Source: Terriglobia bacterium (GTDB lineage Bacteria; Acidobacteriota; Terriglobia; 2-12-FULL-54-10). Taken from it: a stretch of 64,000 nt of DNA. The stretch is from contig CAXVYR010000003.1 in the NCBI GenBank assembly GCA_963666975.2, forward strand, positions 672,001 to 736,000, in the 5' to 3' direction. The position numbers were made by a program, and so were the translations under genes. The notes under the pieces are model-generated. The model worked only from the letters and a program-made list of their open reading frames with translations. It did not search any database and was not told the origin of the DNA. Within the stretch, counting starts at the first letter, position 1, and each line of letters starts with the position of its first letter. This document shows positions 26,301-37,054 of this stretch, piece by piece.

Positions 26301-26600
26301 CTAACCTGCTTTTCGGGCAGCGTTTTCAAGCGCCTGCTGGAACTCGATGCTCTTCTCGGCGACCGCCCCATTTAATTTTTGGTAACGCTCCGAAAGGCGC
26401 TCGCACTCGTCGGCAAAATGCAAAGCAGCCAGGACGGCCAGTTCGAGCGAGTCGATGGTTTGTGTCTTCTCCGCAATCGAACGCATTTTCCCGTCCAGCA
26501 GTTTTGCCAGCCGCCGCGCATATTTCTCCTCCGACGCGGACCGCAGAGTGTACAAGCGGTCGTAAATTTCCACGCGAACTTCCTGCGGTCGGTCGGCCAC
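26301..26600 (-). CDS. zapA: Cell division protein ZapA
   Basis: VRVEIYDRLYTL...LDGKMRSI...LAVLAAL. Confidence 0.9.
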   Translation of the reverse strand: MADRPQEVRVEIYDRLYTLRSASEEKYARRLAKLLDGKMRSIAEKTQTIDSLELAVLAALHFADECERLSERYQKLNGAVAEKSIEFQQALENAARKAG

Positions 26601-26650
26601 AGATCCTCCTGCCAGTCAATTGCGAAAAGCCGCTTTTATTATGCTTCCGA

Positions 26651-26923
26651 TCACTCGTTTGTCAATGCATCCACTTGGTTCATGAGTTTCTGAACACGGC
26701 CCCGCACCGTCTCCCGCTGCTTCTCAAGACGGTTCAACCGGCCCTCCAATAAACAGATGGCCTTGTTTTGCTCGTCGAACGTAGCCTGCAGACGGGAATT
26801 TTCCCGCGCTAGTTCCGCGTTCTCCGCCTTTGTCGCTTTCAGGATGCTGCTGGCTTGGTTAATTTGCTCTTCGAGCTTGAGCAATTGCTCCAGACCGTCC
26901 GCCGGCAAGGAAGGCTCACTCAT
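26651..26923 (-). CDS. ZapB-like coiled-coil protein
   Basis: All coiled coil; sits between pheT and zapA. Confidence 0.7.
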   Translation of the reverse strand: MSEPSLPADGLEQLLKLEEQINQASSILKATKAENAELARENSRLQATFDEQNKAICLLEGRLNRLEKQRETVRGRVQKLMNQVDALTNE

Positions 26924-27041
26924 ACGCTAGTCTATTTCTCCCTTCCGTGCCAACACGCCAAATCGTGGTTTCCTCTTCCGGTGCAATCTTCCGTTGGCGT
27001 GGACAAGCTGTCGCGTTCTGGGGAAGTTGTCCCTGCAGGCC

Positions 27042-29126
27042 TCACATTCGGATTTGGGCTCCTAGCTTCCGTTCCAGACACTCAATCACCTGGGCGCTGT
27101 GGCCTGCCAGCTCCGCCTCCGTTAGGGTGGCGTTCTGGCTTTGCAAAACCAGCCTAAGCAGAAGACTATATTTTCCCGGCGGAACCGGAGCGCCGCGAAA
27201 GATCTCGACTGGAGTCACCGCCACCAACTCCGGAATGCCAAGTGAAACGATGGCCTCTCGCACCGACTCAAACCACAGGCCCTCCGGCAGCACGATTGAA
27301 AAATCCCGCTCCACCGCCGGGTAACGCGAAATCGCTTGTACGCTCGGAAAACGGAGATTGCGGGCATAGAGTAAGTCCAGCGCAAGCTCACCCAGATAAA
27401 CCGGCTGGCGGAACTTCCACCGCGCGGCGACCTCCGGATGCAACTCGCCTAGCCAGCCCACTGCTTCGCCCTCCATCACGAGCCGGGCACTGCGGCCTGG
27501 AAGATAGTAATCCGGAACGTGCTCTGAATCAATAGAATAAGAAGGATTTTCAAACAATTCAATTAATTGTTCCAGGTCCCCCTTTAGGTCGAGAATTTCA
27601 AAGCTCTTGCCGCTTAATCTCCCGCCATCCTGCTTCAGGCAAGCCTCGAAACGGTCGCCCGTTCCCGCAAGCGCCAGCATCAGCGGCTCGCGGTAGCTCT
27701 CCGCTTCGCGGCGGTAAATGCTTCCTACCTCAAAGATTCGAACCGTCTCACGGCCACGGTTCAGATTCCACTGTAGGGCCGCGAGCAGGCCGGGAACCAG
27801 GCTGGGCCGCAGGATGCAAGCCTCCTCGCTCAGAGGATTGGCAACGGGTACAGGGGGCGCTGATCCAAACGTTTCAGCGGCATGATTGGTCAGGGTAGAA
27901 CAGACCGTCTCATCATAGCCCAATTCCAGGACCCGTCTCCGCACACGCTCCTGTTTGGAGGCATGAGGAGTTTTCCGGGCTGCTTGCCCGGCCATCGCCG
28001 GCAACCGTGCGGGAAATTTGTCATATCCGTATTGCCGCGCGACCTCCTCGATCAGGTCGATCTCCCGGTCCACATCCAGACGATACGCCGGGGCCGTGCA
28101 GTTCCATCCCGTTTGACCTTTGGCACTGGGAGAGAACCCCAGCCGGGAAAGAATCTTCTTTACTTCCGAGGCAGGCGGTTCAATACCCAGGTGACGCCCC
28201 AATTCCGCACGGCGGAGAACAATAGGCTTTGAGGTTCTCTTCCGGGGATACACATCAATCACCCGCGGGTCCGCCTTGGCGCCCCCGGCAAGGTCCTGAA
28301 TCAGTTTGGCGCAACGGTTTGCTGCCATCACGGCAGCGTCAATGTCGGCGCCCCGTTCGAACCGATAGGAAGCCTCCGACCGCAACCCCTGCCTCTTGGA
28401 TGTGCGGCGCACCGAGACCGGCTCAAACCATGCGCTCTCCAGCAGAACGCTCGTGGTGCTAGCAGAAATCTCGGTATCCTGCCCTCCCATCACCCCGGCC
28501 AAAGCAACCGGCCGCCGGGCATCGGCAATGACAAGGTCTTCGGTGGTAAGCCGCCGTTCCACTCCGTCGAGCGTCGTTAACTGCTCGCCGGAAGCGGCGC
28601 GACGAACAATGATCTTCCCGCCTTCCAGCCGGTCCATGTCAAAGGCATGCAACGGGTGTCCGTACTCCATCAAGACATAGTTGGTGGCGTCGGCCACGTT
28701 GTTAATCGAGCGGATACCCACCAACTCCAGCCTCCGCGCAAGCCATGCCGGAGAAACACCGACTTCGACACCGTGGATGAGCCGTGCCGCGTACCTCCGG
28801 CACAGGTCCCGTGCCACAATTTTCACTACAGTCTTCACCACAGTCTTTGCAGGAGATTCCTTGCGGCGTGCCCGTGATTTGCCTGCTTCAGCCTTGCCGA
28901 AGGCGGCCAGCGGCTTGCCGTACAACGCGCTCAGCTCCCGGGCGACACCATAGTGGCTCAGGCAATCCGAACGGTTGGTGGTGATATCCATGTCCAAGAC
29001 CGTCTCGCCATCTTCGGTGGCAACCGCGTCCACAGCCAATCCCAGCATGGTCAGATCATTGGCCAGCCGACGGACGTCAGCGGGAAGAGGAACGAATTCT
29101 TGCAGCCAGGAAAGTAGAATCTTCAT
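27042..29126 (-). CDS. pheT: Phenylalanine-tRNA ligase beta subunit (short form)
   Basis: MKILLSWL, TNRSDCLS, INNVADATNY, RFERG, DLIEEVAR, RYPAVERD. Confidence 0.97.
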   Translation of the reverse strand: MKILLSWLQEFVPLPADVRRLANDLTMLGLAVDAVATEDGETVLDMDITTNRSDCLSHYGVARELSALYGKPLAAFGKAEAGKSRARRKESPAKTVVKTVVKIVARDLCRRYAARLIHGVEVGVSPAWLARRLELVGIRSINNVADATNYVLMEYGHPLHAFDMDRLEGGKIIVRRAASGEQLTTLDGVERRLTTEDLVIADARRPVALAGVMGGQDTEISASTTSVLLESAWFEPVSVRRTSKRQGLRSEASYRFERGADIDAAVMAANRCAKLIQDLAGGAKADPRVIDVYPRKRTSKPIVLRRAELGRHLGIEPPASEVKKILSRLGFSPSAKGQTGWNCTAPAYRLDVDREIDLIEEVARQYGYDKFPARLPAMAGQAARKTPHASKQERVRRRVLELGYDETVCSTLTNHAAETFGSAPPVPVANPLSEEACILRPSLVPGLLAALQWNLNRGRETVRIFEVGSIYRREAESYREPLMLALAGTGDRFEACLKQDGGRLSGKSFEILDLKGDLEQLIELFENPSYSIDSEHVPDYYLPGRSARLVMEGEAVGWLGELHPEVAARWKFRQPVYLGELALDLLYARNLRFPSVQAISRYPAVERDFSIVLPEGLWFESVREAIVSLGIPELVAVTPVEIFRGAPVPPGKYSLLLRLVLQSQNATLTEAELAGHSAQVIECLERKLGAQIRM

Positions 29127-29197
29127 TCGAGTGAGAAACAACCGGCAGCCTGCGATGCCGGCAGCGAGTATTCCAACCTATCAGCGGGACTGGTTGG

Positions 29198-30373
29198 CTA
29201 ACGAAACTGATGCAAAAATTTTATATCGCCCTGAAAGAACAACTGAATGTCCCCTACCCCATACTTCAGCATCGCCAGACGTTCCACCCCCATGCCGAAA
29301 GCGAACCCGCTGTAGCGGGAAGGGTCGTAGTTTACATACGGATAGAGCGCAGGGTCCACCATCCCGCATCCCATCAATTCAATCCAGCCGGTTTGTTTGC
29401 AGATGCGGCATCCGGCGCCGCTCGAACCGCAAAACAGGCAGGAAATATCCACTTCGGCGCTCGGCTCGGTAAAGGGAAAGAAGCTCGGACGAAAACGGGT
29501 GCACACCTCCGGTCCAAAAAAGGCCTTGAGGAAATGGTCGAGCGTCCCTTTCAGGTCCGCAAAGGTAATATGGGTATCCACCGCCAGACCTTCCACCTGA
29601 TGAAACATGGGTGAATGGGTGGCGTCCGGCGTATCGCGGCGGTAGGCTCTGCCCGGAACAACAATCCGCAACGGCGGCTGCTGCTTTTCCATGGTCCGGA
29701 TTTGCACCGGCGAAGTGTGCGTCCGCAAGACGGTCGTGGAGTCGATATAAAAAGTGTCCTGATCGTCCCGCGCCGGATGATCCTCCGGGATATTCAACGC
29801 CTCAAAGTTGTAATAGCTGCTCTCGATATCCGGCCCCTCTTCCACCGAATAACCGAGGGAGAAAAAAATCCAGGTGATCTCTTCTATAGTTTGTTGCAAG
29901 GGATGGGGCACGCCAGATGGCCGCCGGTTGCCCGGCAGTGTGATATCTATCGCTGCGGCTGGGGCAGACGAGGCCCCGGCTCCACTCGGTTCTGCCTTCG
30001 CCTTCTTCGCTTCCGGCGTGGCGGAGGGAGACAATGCGGACGGGAGGCTGAACTGCCGTTCGGCTTCTTGTCGCAGGGCGTTCAGCCGCTCCCCGACCTC
30101 CCGCTTTAATTCGGAAGGCGCCGGGCGCAGCCAGTGGTCGGTGACCGAGCGAACGATCCCCTGTTTGCGGCCCAGCCAGCGCAGACGAAGACTTTCCCGG
30201 CTTCCCTGCTCTGAGGAGCCGGGTTCGCCGAGTTGGGCTATATTCTCGGAAAGGCAGCGCGCAAGCCGGTCGAAAAGCACTTTCAAACCGGCGGCATCGC
30301 GAACGCCTAATTGTTCGAGCGTAAGTTGGACGGCTTGGGTAATGTCGCGGTTGGGTTGGTCAGAGGAACCCAT
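29198..30373 (-). CDS. pheS: Phenylalanine-tRNA ligase alpha subunit
   Basis: [32 protein letters not shown]. Confidence 0.98.
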   Translation of the reverse strand: MGSSDQPNRDITQAVQLTLEQLGVRDAAGLKVLFDRLARCLSENIAQLGEPGSSEQGSRESLRLRWLGRKQGIVRSVTDHWLRPAPSELKREVGERLNALRQEAERQFSLPSALSPSATPEAKKAKAEPSGAGASSAPAAAIDITLPGNRRPSGVPHPLQQTIEEITWIFFSLGYSVEEGPDIESSYYNFEALNIPEDHPARDDQDTFYIDSTTVLRTHTSPVQIRTMEKQQPPLRIVVPGRAYRRDTPDATHSPMFHQVEGLAVDTHITFADLKGTLDHFLKAFFGPEVCTRFRPSFFPFTEPSAEVDISCLFCGSSGAGCRICKQTGWIELMGCGMVDPALYPYVNYDPSRYSGFAFGMGVERLAMLKYGVGDIQLFFQGDIKFLHQFR

Positions 30374-30401
30374 TCACAGGATGGCTCACGGAAATGGAAA
30401 A

Positions 30402-30430
30402 GCAGGTCCTTCGCTTCGCTCAGGATGACA
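30402..30430 (+). repeat. REP-like palindrome
   Basis: GCAGGTCCTTCGCTTCGCTCAGGATGACA between rplT and pheS; shares its core with the 24-nt unit at 14499. Confidence 0.6.
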
Positions 30431-30457
30431 GATCAAAAATGGCTCTTGTACAAACTG

Positions 30458-30817
30458 CTAAGCAGCCAAGGCTAGCTTGGCTTGCTCGGCGAGGCTGGCA
30501 AAACCTGCCTGGTCAAGCACCGCAATGTCCGCAAGAATTTTGCGGTCCAAATCGACGCCCGCCAACTTCAGTCCATGAATGAACTTGTTGTAGGAAAGCT
30601 CATGCTTTCGCGCCGCAGCGCCGATGCGGATGATCCACAATTTACGAAAGTCCCGTTTACGGTTTCGCCGGTCCCGGTAACTGAACCGCAAGGCACGCTC
30701 TACCGATTCCTTGGCGGAACGGTACAGCTTGCTTTTGGTCAGCCTATACCCCTTGGCACGCTTCAGAATTTTGGTGCGGCGGTCATGCCGCTTGGTTCCT
30801 CGTTTTACTCTAGGCAC
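30458..30817 (-). CDS. rplT: 50S ribosomal protein L20
   Basis: MPRVKRG...[15 protein letters not shown]. Confidence 0.99.
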   Translation of the reverse strand: MPRVKRGTKRHDRRTKILKRAKGYRLTKSKLYRSAKESVERALRFSYRDRRNRKRDFRKLWIIRIGAAARKHELSYNKFIHGLKLAGVDLDRKILADIAVLDQAGFASLAEQAKLALAA

Positions 30818-30913
30818 TTTTCGTTCTCTCCCGGCCCGCAGAAACGTCCCTTACCGGGCATGGCGGGCTGGCATTGTTCGAGCATTCCAATCGCCGTTCC
30901 CGTCCCGCGACGG

Positions 30914-31111
30914 TCAGGCATAAGGCAACATTTCCCGCAAGCGTCCCTGGTCGCTCCGAGCCACTATGCCGGTCTGGTCCAGTTTGCGCTTCCGCTTGCT
31001 GCGTTTTTTAGTCAAGATGTGGCGCGCAAAAGAGTGTCCCCTCAAGAACTTCCCCTTGGCAGTGCGCTTAAAGCGCTTGGCTGCGCCACGATGTGTTTTA
31101 ATCTTGGGCAC
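30914..31111 (-). CDS. rpmI: 50S ribosomal protein L35
   Basis: [14 protein letters not shown]...HILTKK. Confidence 0.99.
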   Translation of the reverse strand: MPKIKTHRGAAKRFKRTAKGKFLRGHSFARHILTKKRSKRKRKLDQTGIVARSDQGRLREMLPYA

Positions 31112-31200
31112 TCTTCCTCCTGAGTATCCTGGTCTGGGTATCCTGGTAACCCGCCTTGATTCTTCCAGGAATTTCAGGGGGCCAAAGAAACCTGATTGCG

Positions 31201-31713
31201 TTACTTCTTCGGCGCGAAGATGGCATGCAGGGAGAAACCTTCCATGCGGGGCCGAAACTCCACCGAGCCGGCCTCCGACACGTCCTCAACCAAGCGCTCG
31301 ATCATCCTTCGCCCAATATCGGAGTGGGAAATCTCACGTCCGCGAAATGACACAATCGCTTTCACCTTGTCGCCTTCTTTCAGGAACCGGATGATGTTGT
31401 TTTTCTTAAACTCGTAGTCATGCTCGTCCGTATTGGGACGGAACTTGACTTCCTTGAGGATGATGTTCCGCTGGTTCTTCCTCGCCTCGTGAGCCCGTTT
31501 ATTGAGCTGGTAGACGTACTTCCCGTAGTCCATGATCTTGCACACGGGAGGCACAGCGGTAGCGGAAACCTCAACTAAATCCAGGTGCTGTTCCCTGGCT
31601 AACTTCAAAGCATCGGACGGCGGCATGACGCCCAGTTGGGTGCCACTGTCATCGATCACTCGGACCTCACGGGCCCGAATCCTCTCGTTCACCCGGATAT
31701 TCGCAGCCGCGAT
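31201..31713 (-). CDS. infC: Translation initiation factor IF-3, probable ATC start
   Basis: [12 protein letters not shown]...KIMDYGK; GGAGG RBS precedes an in-frame ATC at 31713. Confidence 0.95.
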   Translation of the reverse strand: MAAANIRVNERIRAREVRVIDDSGTQLGVMPPSDALKLAREQHLDLVEVSATAVPPVCKIMDYGKYVYQLNKRAHEARKNQRNIILKEVKFRPNTDEHDYEFKKNNIIRFLKEGDKVKAIVSFRGREISHSDIGRRMIERLVEDVSEAGSVEFRPRMEGFSLHAIFAPKK

Positions 31714-31899
31714 AAAACCCTCCGTAGGCGGGCACGCTGTCTTCCCGCCTTAATCACTTCAGTTCATCTAAACAGCCGCTCTCTGCGAGGGCGGAATTCA
31801 AATTATACCTGCCGGCGAAAAAAAATTATACCACAAATCAGGTTTCCGGCAGCTTCCCGTAATGCAATTCTCCGTCAGAAGAGGCCCCCCTGACAGGAG

Positions 31900-33864
31900 C
31901 TACCCCTCCGCTTGCCGAGACTTGATCGCATGCCGAATTCGCGCCAGGAACTCCTCCCGCGAGAGGGTGCCCTGGTTTCCTTGTTTGCGGCTTCGCACGC
32001 TCAGTGAGCCGTTCTGTAGCTCCTGATCGCCCAGAACTAGCATGTATGGCACCTTTTGCAACTGTGCCTCCCGAATCTTCAAGTTGACCTTCTCGTTGCG
32101 AAGGTCCGCCTCGGCGCGGATGCCTTCTTGCCGCAACCAGGAAACCACTTCCCTTCCCTGTTCCTGGTGCCGTTCGCTGATGGGCAACACACGGACCTGC
32201 ACCGGGGCCAGCCAAACGGGAAAGGCGCCCGCGTAGTGCTCAATCAACACCCCGAAAAACCGCTCGATAGACCCCCACAGCGCGCGATGCACCATGACCG
32301 GGCGGTGATGTTTGCCGTCCTCTCCCACGTAGGCCAGATCAAACCGCTCCGGCAGGGTGAAATCAAACTGCACGGTGCTCAACTGCCAGAGCCGCCCGAT
32401 GGCATCCACGAGTTTTACGTCGATCTTCGGCCCATAAAAGGCGGCCTCACCGGGGATGGTGCGGGCCGGGACCTGGAGCTTTTCCAGCGCCCTGGAGAGC
32501 GAGGTCTCGGCCAGCTTCCACTGCTCGGGAGTGCCTGCGTATTTTTCGCTGTTCTGCTCATCCCATGTGGATAGCTCCACCTTGTATTCCTGGAACCCGA
32601 AGGTGCGGAGCACGTGCAAGGCAAACTCGACACAGCCGAGGATTTCCTCCTCCACCTGCTGTGGAGTGCAAAAGATATGGGCATCGTCCTGGGTAAACCC
32701 CCGGACACGCAGCAGGCCGTGCATCACACCGGAGCGCTCATAGCGGTAAACCGTTCCCAGCTCTCCCATCCGGACGGGCAGGTCCCGGTAGCTGTGCATC
32801 TTGTCCTTATAGATCAAAATATGGAAAGGACAGTTCATGGGCTTGAGCTGGTACTCCGCATCTTCCAGCTTCATGGGCGGGAACATGTTCTGGGAAAACC
32901 ATTGGGCGTGCCCGCTGGTCTTCCACAGGTCCAGGCGGGCCACGTGCGGCGAATAGACCAGCGAATAGTCACGGCGCAAATATTCATCGCGCAGCCAGTC
33001 CTCCATCACCTTGCGGACCATCGCTCCCTTGGGGTGCCAGAAGATCAACCCGGCCCCGGCTTCCTCCTGCATGCTGAATAATTCCAGTTCCCTGCCCAGT
33101 TTGCGGTGATCCCGTTTTTTGGCCTCTTCCAATTGATTCAGGTATTGATCCAGATCCTTCTGGGAAAAGAAGCTGGTCCCGTAGATGCGCTGCATCGGCT
33201 GATTGTGCTCGTCGCCCTTCCAGTAAGCCCCGGCAACCGACAGCAGCTTGAAAGCCTTGACATACCCCGTGGAGGGAATGTGCGGTCCCCGGCAAAAATC
33301 AATAAACTGGGGTCCGAGCGTATAGCAGGAGAAAACGGATTCGGCTTTTTCCTGAATCAGCTCGCATTTCATCTGCTCGCCCATCTCCGCAAAGCGCTTC
33401 AGGCCTTCGTCGCGGGGAAACAGGACGCGCTCGTAAGGCAGGTTGAGCTTCACCAGCTCCTGCATCTTCTTTTCGATCTTTTCCAGGTCTTCCGGCGTAA
33501 AGGACTCTTCGCGATAAAAATCGTAGAAGAACCCGTTCTCCGTCGGCGGCCCCATGCCCAGACGGGTGCCGGGAAAAAGTTCCAGAACGGCGGCAGCCAG
33601 CAGGTGCGCGCTGGAATGGCGATAGACTTCGAGAGCTTCCTCATTCTTCGAGGTGAGAATCCGTAACGTCGTGTCCTTTTCGAGCGGACGGCTCAACTCC
33701 ACCAGCCCGCTTTCGATTTCACCCACCAAAGCATCCTTGGCCAGCCGGGGGCCAATCGACCGGGCCACCTCCAGGACGGTTGTGCCCTTCGGAAACTCTT
33801 TAGTGTTCCCGTCAGGAAAGGCCACTTTGATTGTCTCGTTTGTTACGGTCACTCCCGTCTCCAT
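31900..33864 (-). CDS. thrS: Threonine-tRNA ligase
   Basis: HSSAHL, CRGPH, KPMNCP, RVRGFTQDDAH, FYGPKID. Confidence 0.99.
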   Translation of the reverse strand: METGVTVTNETIKVAFPDGNTKEFPKGTTVLEVARSIGPRLAKDALVGEIESGLVELSRPLEKDTTLRILTSKNEEALEVYRHSSAHLLAAAVLELFPGTRLGMGPPTENGFFYDFYREESFTPEDLEKIEKKMQELVKLNLPYERVLFPRDEGLKRFAEMGEQMKCELIQEKAESVFSCYTLGPQFIDFCRGPHIPSTGYVKAFKLLSVAGAYWKGDEHNQPMQRIYGTSFFSQKDLDQYLNQLEEAKKRDHRKLGRELELFSMQEEAGAGLIFWHPKGAMVRKVMEDWLRDEYLRRDYSLVYSPHVARLDLWKTSGHAQWFSQNMFPPMKLEDAEYQLKPMNCPFHILIYKDKMHSYRDLPVRMGELGTVYRYERSGVMHGLLRVRGFTQDDAHIFCTPQQVEEEILGCVEFALHVLRTFGFQEYKVELSTWDEQNSEKYAGTPEQWKLAETSLSRALEKLQVPARTIPGEAAFYGPKIDVKLVDAIGRLWQLSTVQFDFTLPERFDLAYVGEDGKHHRPVMVHRALWGSIERFFGVLIEHYAGAFPVWLAPVQVRVLPISERHQEQGREVVSWLRQEGIRAEADLRNEKVNLKIREAQLQKVPYMLVLGDQELQNGSLSVRSRKQGNQGTLSREEFLARIRHAIKSRQAEG

Positions 33865-33869
33865 CCTAA

Positions 33870-34001
33870 GAGGTTGTTGAAAAACCGGTGTATGGGTCCG
33901 CTTGCTAACGCGCGCGGCTCGGCAAGTGCAGCCGCAATCAGCACGCCCATTCCGAGCCGCGACCGCGAGGGAGCGGACAAATGGCGTTTTTCAACAACCG
34001 G
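33870..34001. mobile_element. MITE with a CTAA target duplication enclosing a REP doublet
   Basis: GGTTGTTGAAAAAC / GTTTTTCAACAACC perfect 14-bp IR; CTAA at 33866-69 and 34002-05; inner inverted pair GCGGCTCGG / CCGAGCCGC. Confidence 0.8.
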
Positions 34002-34151
34002 CTAAAATCTTAGCCGCACTCCCCTGCGCAGGGAATTTATTAGTTTAAACTACAAATGCTTTTCTGTCCTCAATAAGCAGGTGATGCGGAAGGCTCCTCC
34101 GCGGCTTGCTTCCATCTTTTTAACCGCATTCAACGGTGGGAATCAAGCCAA

Positions 34152-34601
34152 CTAAAACGACTTGTTGCTGTCAATTAGGATGGTAACCGGACCGTCATTC
34201 ACCAGTTCTAATTCCATCATGACGCGGAAGACGCCGCTCTCCACCGGAAAGCCCCGGCCGCGAAGCGCCTTTAGAAAGTATTCGTAAAGCGGCTCAGCTT
34301 CTTCCGGTGTGGCTGCGCGGATATAACTCGGCCGACGGCCCCGCCGAACGTCTCCGTGCAGGGTGAATTGCGAGACGGACAGCACCGCTCCCTGCACTTC
34401 GCCGACCGAGAGGTTCATCTTGCCTTCCTGGTCCGTGAAGACCCGCAGGGAAGTCACTTTCTCCGCCAGGTAGTCGGCTGCCTCGCGCGTATCCCCTACG
34501 GCGATTCCCAGGAGCACGACCAGTCCCTTTTCAATTTGTCCGACTGTCTCCGCGTTCACCCGCACGGAGGCGCGGGAGACCCGCTGCACTACAGCCCGCA
34601 T
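34152..34601 (-). CDS. dtd: D-aminoacyl-tRNA deacylase
   Basis: [19 protein letters not shown]. Confidence 0.97.
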   Translation of the reverse strand: MRAVVQRVSRASVRVNAETVGQIEKGLVVLLGIAVGDTREAADYLAEKVTSLRVFTDQEGKMNLSVGEVQGAVLSVSQFTLHGDVRRGRRPSYIRAATPEEAEPLYEYFLKALRGRGFPVESGVFRVMMELELVNDGPVTILIDSNKSF

Positions 34602-34693
34602 CTTTTTTCCACTTCTCTTGTTTGCATTTTCTTGCGCCTTAGCTATCCTAACGGGTGCCCGAAACTAACCATCGCTAAAAAGGAGTTGCCCGC

Positions 34694-35191
34694 ATGCCGA
34701 TCAGCCCGGACCTGTTTCGCAAAGTGTTGGGCCATTTCGCCACGGGCGTGACGGTGGTGACCATGCGCCTGCCCGCCGGGCAACCCTGGGGATTTACGGT
34801 CAACTCCTTTACCTCGGTGAGCCTGACCCCGCCGCTGATCTTGGTGTGCGTGGACCACCGGGCGGAGAGCTTCCAGGCCATGAGTGAATCCGGGCATTTC
34901 GCGGTGAATCTGCTTACCCAGGAGCAGGAAGAAATTTCCAGCCGTTTCGCCTCAAAATTGCCTGACAGATTCAGCGGCGTTGTCTGCTCAGATGGCGTGC
35001 ACGGCTCCCCCCTGATTGCCGGGTGCCTGGGCTTTATCGAATGCAAAAAAGTAGCCTCGCATACCCATGGCGATCACGACATTATTATTGGAGAGGTGCT
35101 CGAAGCAGAAGCAGGCGGGGGCAATCCCTTGCTTTTTTACCGTGGCTCCTATGCCAAGATCAAGGCGTCCTTAAAAACCGCCAAGACTTAG
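34694..35191 (+). CDS. Flavin reductase family protein
   Basis: FATGVTVV, SFTSVSLTPP, GDH, PLLFYRG. Confidence 0.93.
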   Translation: MPISPDLFRKVLGHFATGVTVVTMRLPAGQPWGFTVNSFTSVSLTPPLILVCVDHRAESFQAMSESGHFAVNLLTQEQEEISSRFASKLPDRFSGVVCSDGVHGSPLIAGCLGFIECKKVASHTHGDHDIIIGEVLEAEAGGGNPLLFYRGSYAKIKASLKTAKT

Positions 35192-35232
35192 CATTTTGCC
35201 GCAACCCCCACCCGTTCTTTTATTTCACACTA

Positions 35233-35937
35233 TTATTTCACACTATCGGTTTCGCGCTGCAACCCATAATCGACGCCAAAGTGCTCCAGCACGAAATGCG
35301 CCAGAACATCGGCGTAGAACTGCTGGCTTTGCTGTCGCACGACGTGTTCCGGCTCTTCCGGCAAGACCAAGTGATGCAGCTCATGGAGAAACACGGACAG
35401 CAAGGCAAGTTGCAGGCGAAAGGAGGCCACCTCTTCCGTATCGGCCGCCGAGGGAAGCGCCAGGTGTGAGAGAGGAAGGGGCTGCCACTCGCGTATCGAC
35501 TCGAAGGCAAGGTCCATCTCCCCGGTCCGGACACCGCTTAGGTCGCGCAGCTTGCGAGTCAGCCTGCTCTCCGTACCCGGAGGGTGATGGTGACCCAGGC
35601 ATGTGCAGATATTTCTGCGACGCAGCTCCACGACAACCAGCGGCGGGATGTCGTCCAGGATCGCCTGATACCGCTGGCGGAAGCTATTCGGAAATGTGAG
35701 CCAGGTTTCTTCCAAAGACTCCCGCAGCCGTTCCATTCCCTCGCTCTCCCCTTTCCCGCAGGAAATCAGCACCAGCGGCAAATCCGCTGCGGGGCGGACT
35801 AAAATTTGTTCCGTGCCACGCAGCCACTGGTAGAAGCACATCAGCAATCCGGGTGCGTGAGCGCCGATTCGAGCCGTCTGGCGTCCTGAAGTAAGCATTC
35901 TTTTCTTTCCCGCCTCTTCTTGGCCGGGGTTCCCCAT
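35233..35937 (-). CDS. Hypothetical protein with HEXXH motif (start uncertain)
   Basis: 234-aa ORF; VFLHELHHLV...E and CTCLGHHH. Confidence 0.7.
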   Translation of the reverse strand: MGNPGQEEAGKKRMLTSGRQTARIGAHAPGLLMCFYQWLRGTEQILVRPAADLPLVLISCGKGESEGMERLRESLEETWLTFPNSFRQRYQAILDDIPPLVVVELRRRNICTCLGHHHPPGTESRLTRKLRDLSGVRTGEMDLAFESIREWQPLPLSHLALPSAADTEEVASFRLQLALLSVFLHELHHLVLPEEPEHVVRQQSQQFYADVLAHFVLEHFGVDYGLQRETDSVK

Positions 35938-36000
35938 CCACTGTTTCTTCGGGAATATTAGACACCCATTTTTCTCCTGGACGCTGCAAATATTTTTGAG

Positions 36001-37047
36001 TTAACCGCAGTTGCCGGCGGTCGTTAGCCGGCTCGCTGGCCGGTTCCCTGCAAACAACTGCATTTGGGAAGCGGGAGCGAAGGCCTCGGCTGGATAATGG
36101 CGCGGCGGTCCGCTCAAGCGGTATTTCTTGCGGAGTTGGCTCACCATCTCTTGTATCTGTTCGCTGTAAACACCCCGGATATATGCACCCCGTGCATAGA
36201 GGCGGCGATATTTCTTCGTCAGATGGGGAAAATTCTGCTCCAGGAAGGGAAAAAAAGCTTTTTGAGCAGAGGGCATCAGGAATAATACGTTGGCGGCAAA
36301 ATAGCAGGCGCCCGCCAGCGAGGCCGCGCGCGCTACAGCCTCCAAATCCTGCGGCTCGTCGGTGATGGCGGGCAGGACAGGCATTGCGAACACGGTCACC
36401 TGCAGATCGGCGCGCGCTAATTCCGCTGCCGCCGACAGGCGCAGCGCCGGACAGGGAGCGCGCACCTCCAGACAGCGGGCCAGTTCGGCCCGAAGCGTTG
36501 TAACCGTCATGTTGATCCGCAAATGGTTGCTCACGGCGATTCGCCGCAGAAGGTCCACATCACGCCGAATCAAGTCCGACTTGGTTGTGATGGAGACCTG
36601 CAAGCCGCGGAACCCGGAGATTGTCTCCAGGATACGGCGGGTTGTTTGGAAGTGACGCTCGGCCGGCTGATAAGGATCGGTCGCTGTCCCGATCGCGATG
36701 GCGCCACCCGGGTCTTTGCCGAGTTCCTCCTGGAGAATCTGTCCGGCGCGCTCTTTGCTGTATATCTTTTCCTCAAACTGCTGCCAGTCGTTCATTCCCA
36801 TATATTCATGGGTGTAGCGTGCATAGCAGTACTTGCAGCCAAACTCGCATCCGCGATACGGGTTGATGGTCCAGGTAAAAGGCTGTTGAGGATTAGCGCA
36901 GCGGTTCAAGATGGATTTGGAAATCAGGCTGAAATATTCAACCTTGCGTTTGCGAGCCAAGGTTCGGCTCCTGGAGGCGATCTTGCCCAATCCAACAAGC
37001 GGTGGCGGAGCATTTTTTGCGGGCTTTGAATGGGTGAATAGTGGCAT
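36001..37047 (-). CDS. Radical SAM protein, SplB-related Rv2578c/PA0069 type
   Basis: INPYRGCEFGCKYCYAR, IGTATDPYQPAE, ITTKS. Confidence 0.93.
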   Translation of the reverse strand: MPLFTHSKPAKNAPPPLVGLGKIASRSRTLARKRKVEYFSLISKSILNRCANPQQPFTWTINPYRGCEFGCKYCYARYTHEYMGMNDWQQFEEKIYSKERAGQILQEELGKDPGGAIAIGTATDPYQPAERHFQTTRRILETISGFRGLQVSITTKSDLIRRDVDLLRRIAVSNHLRINMTVTTLRAELARCLEVRAPCPALRLSAAAELARADLQVTVFAMPVLPAITDEPQDLEAVARAASLAGACYFAANVLFLMPSAQKAFFPFLEQNFPHLTKKYRRLYARGAYIRGVYSEQIQEMVSQLRKKYRLSGPPRHYPAEAFAPASQMQLFAGNRPASRLTTAGNCG

Positions 37048-37054
37048 GACGCAT

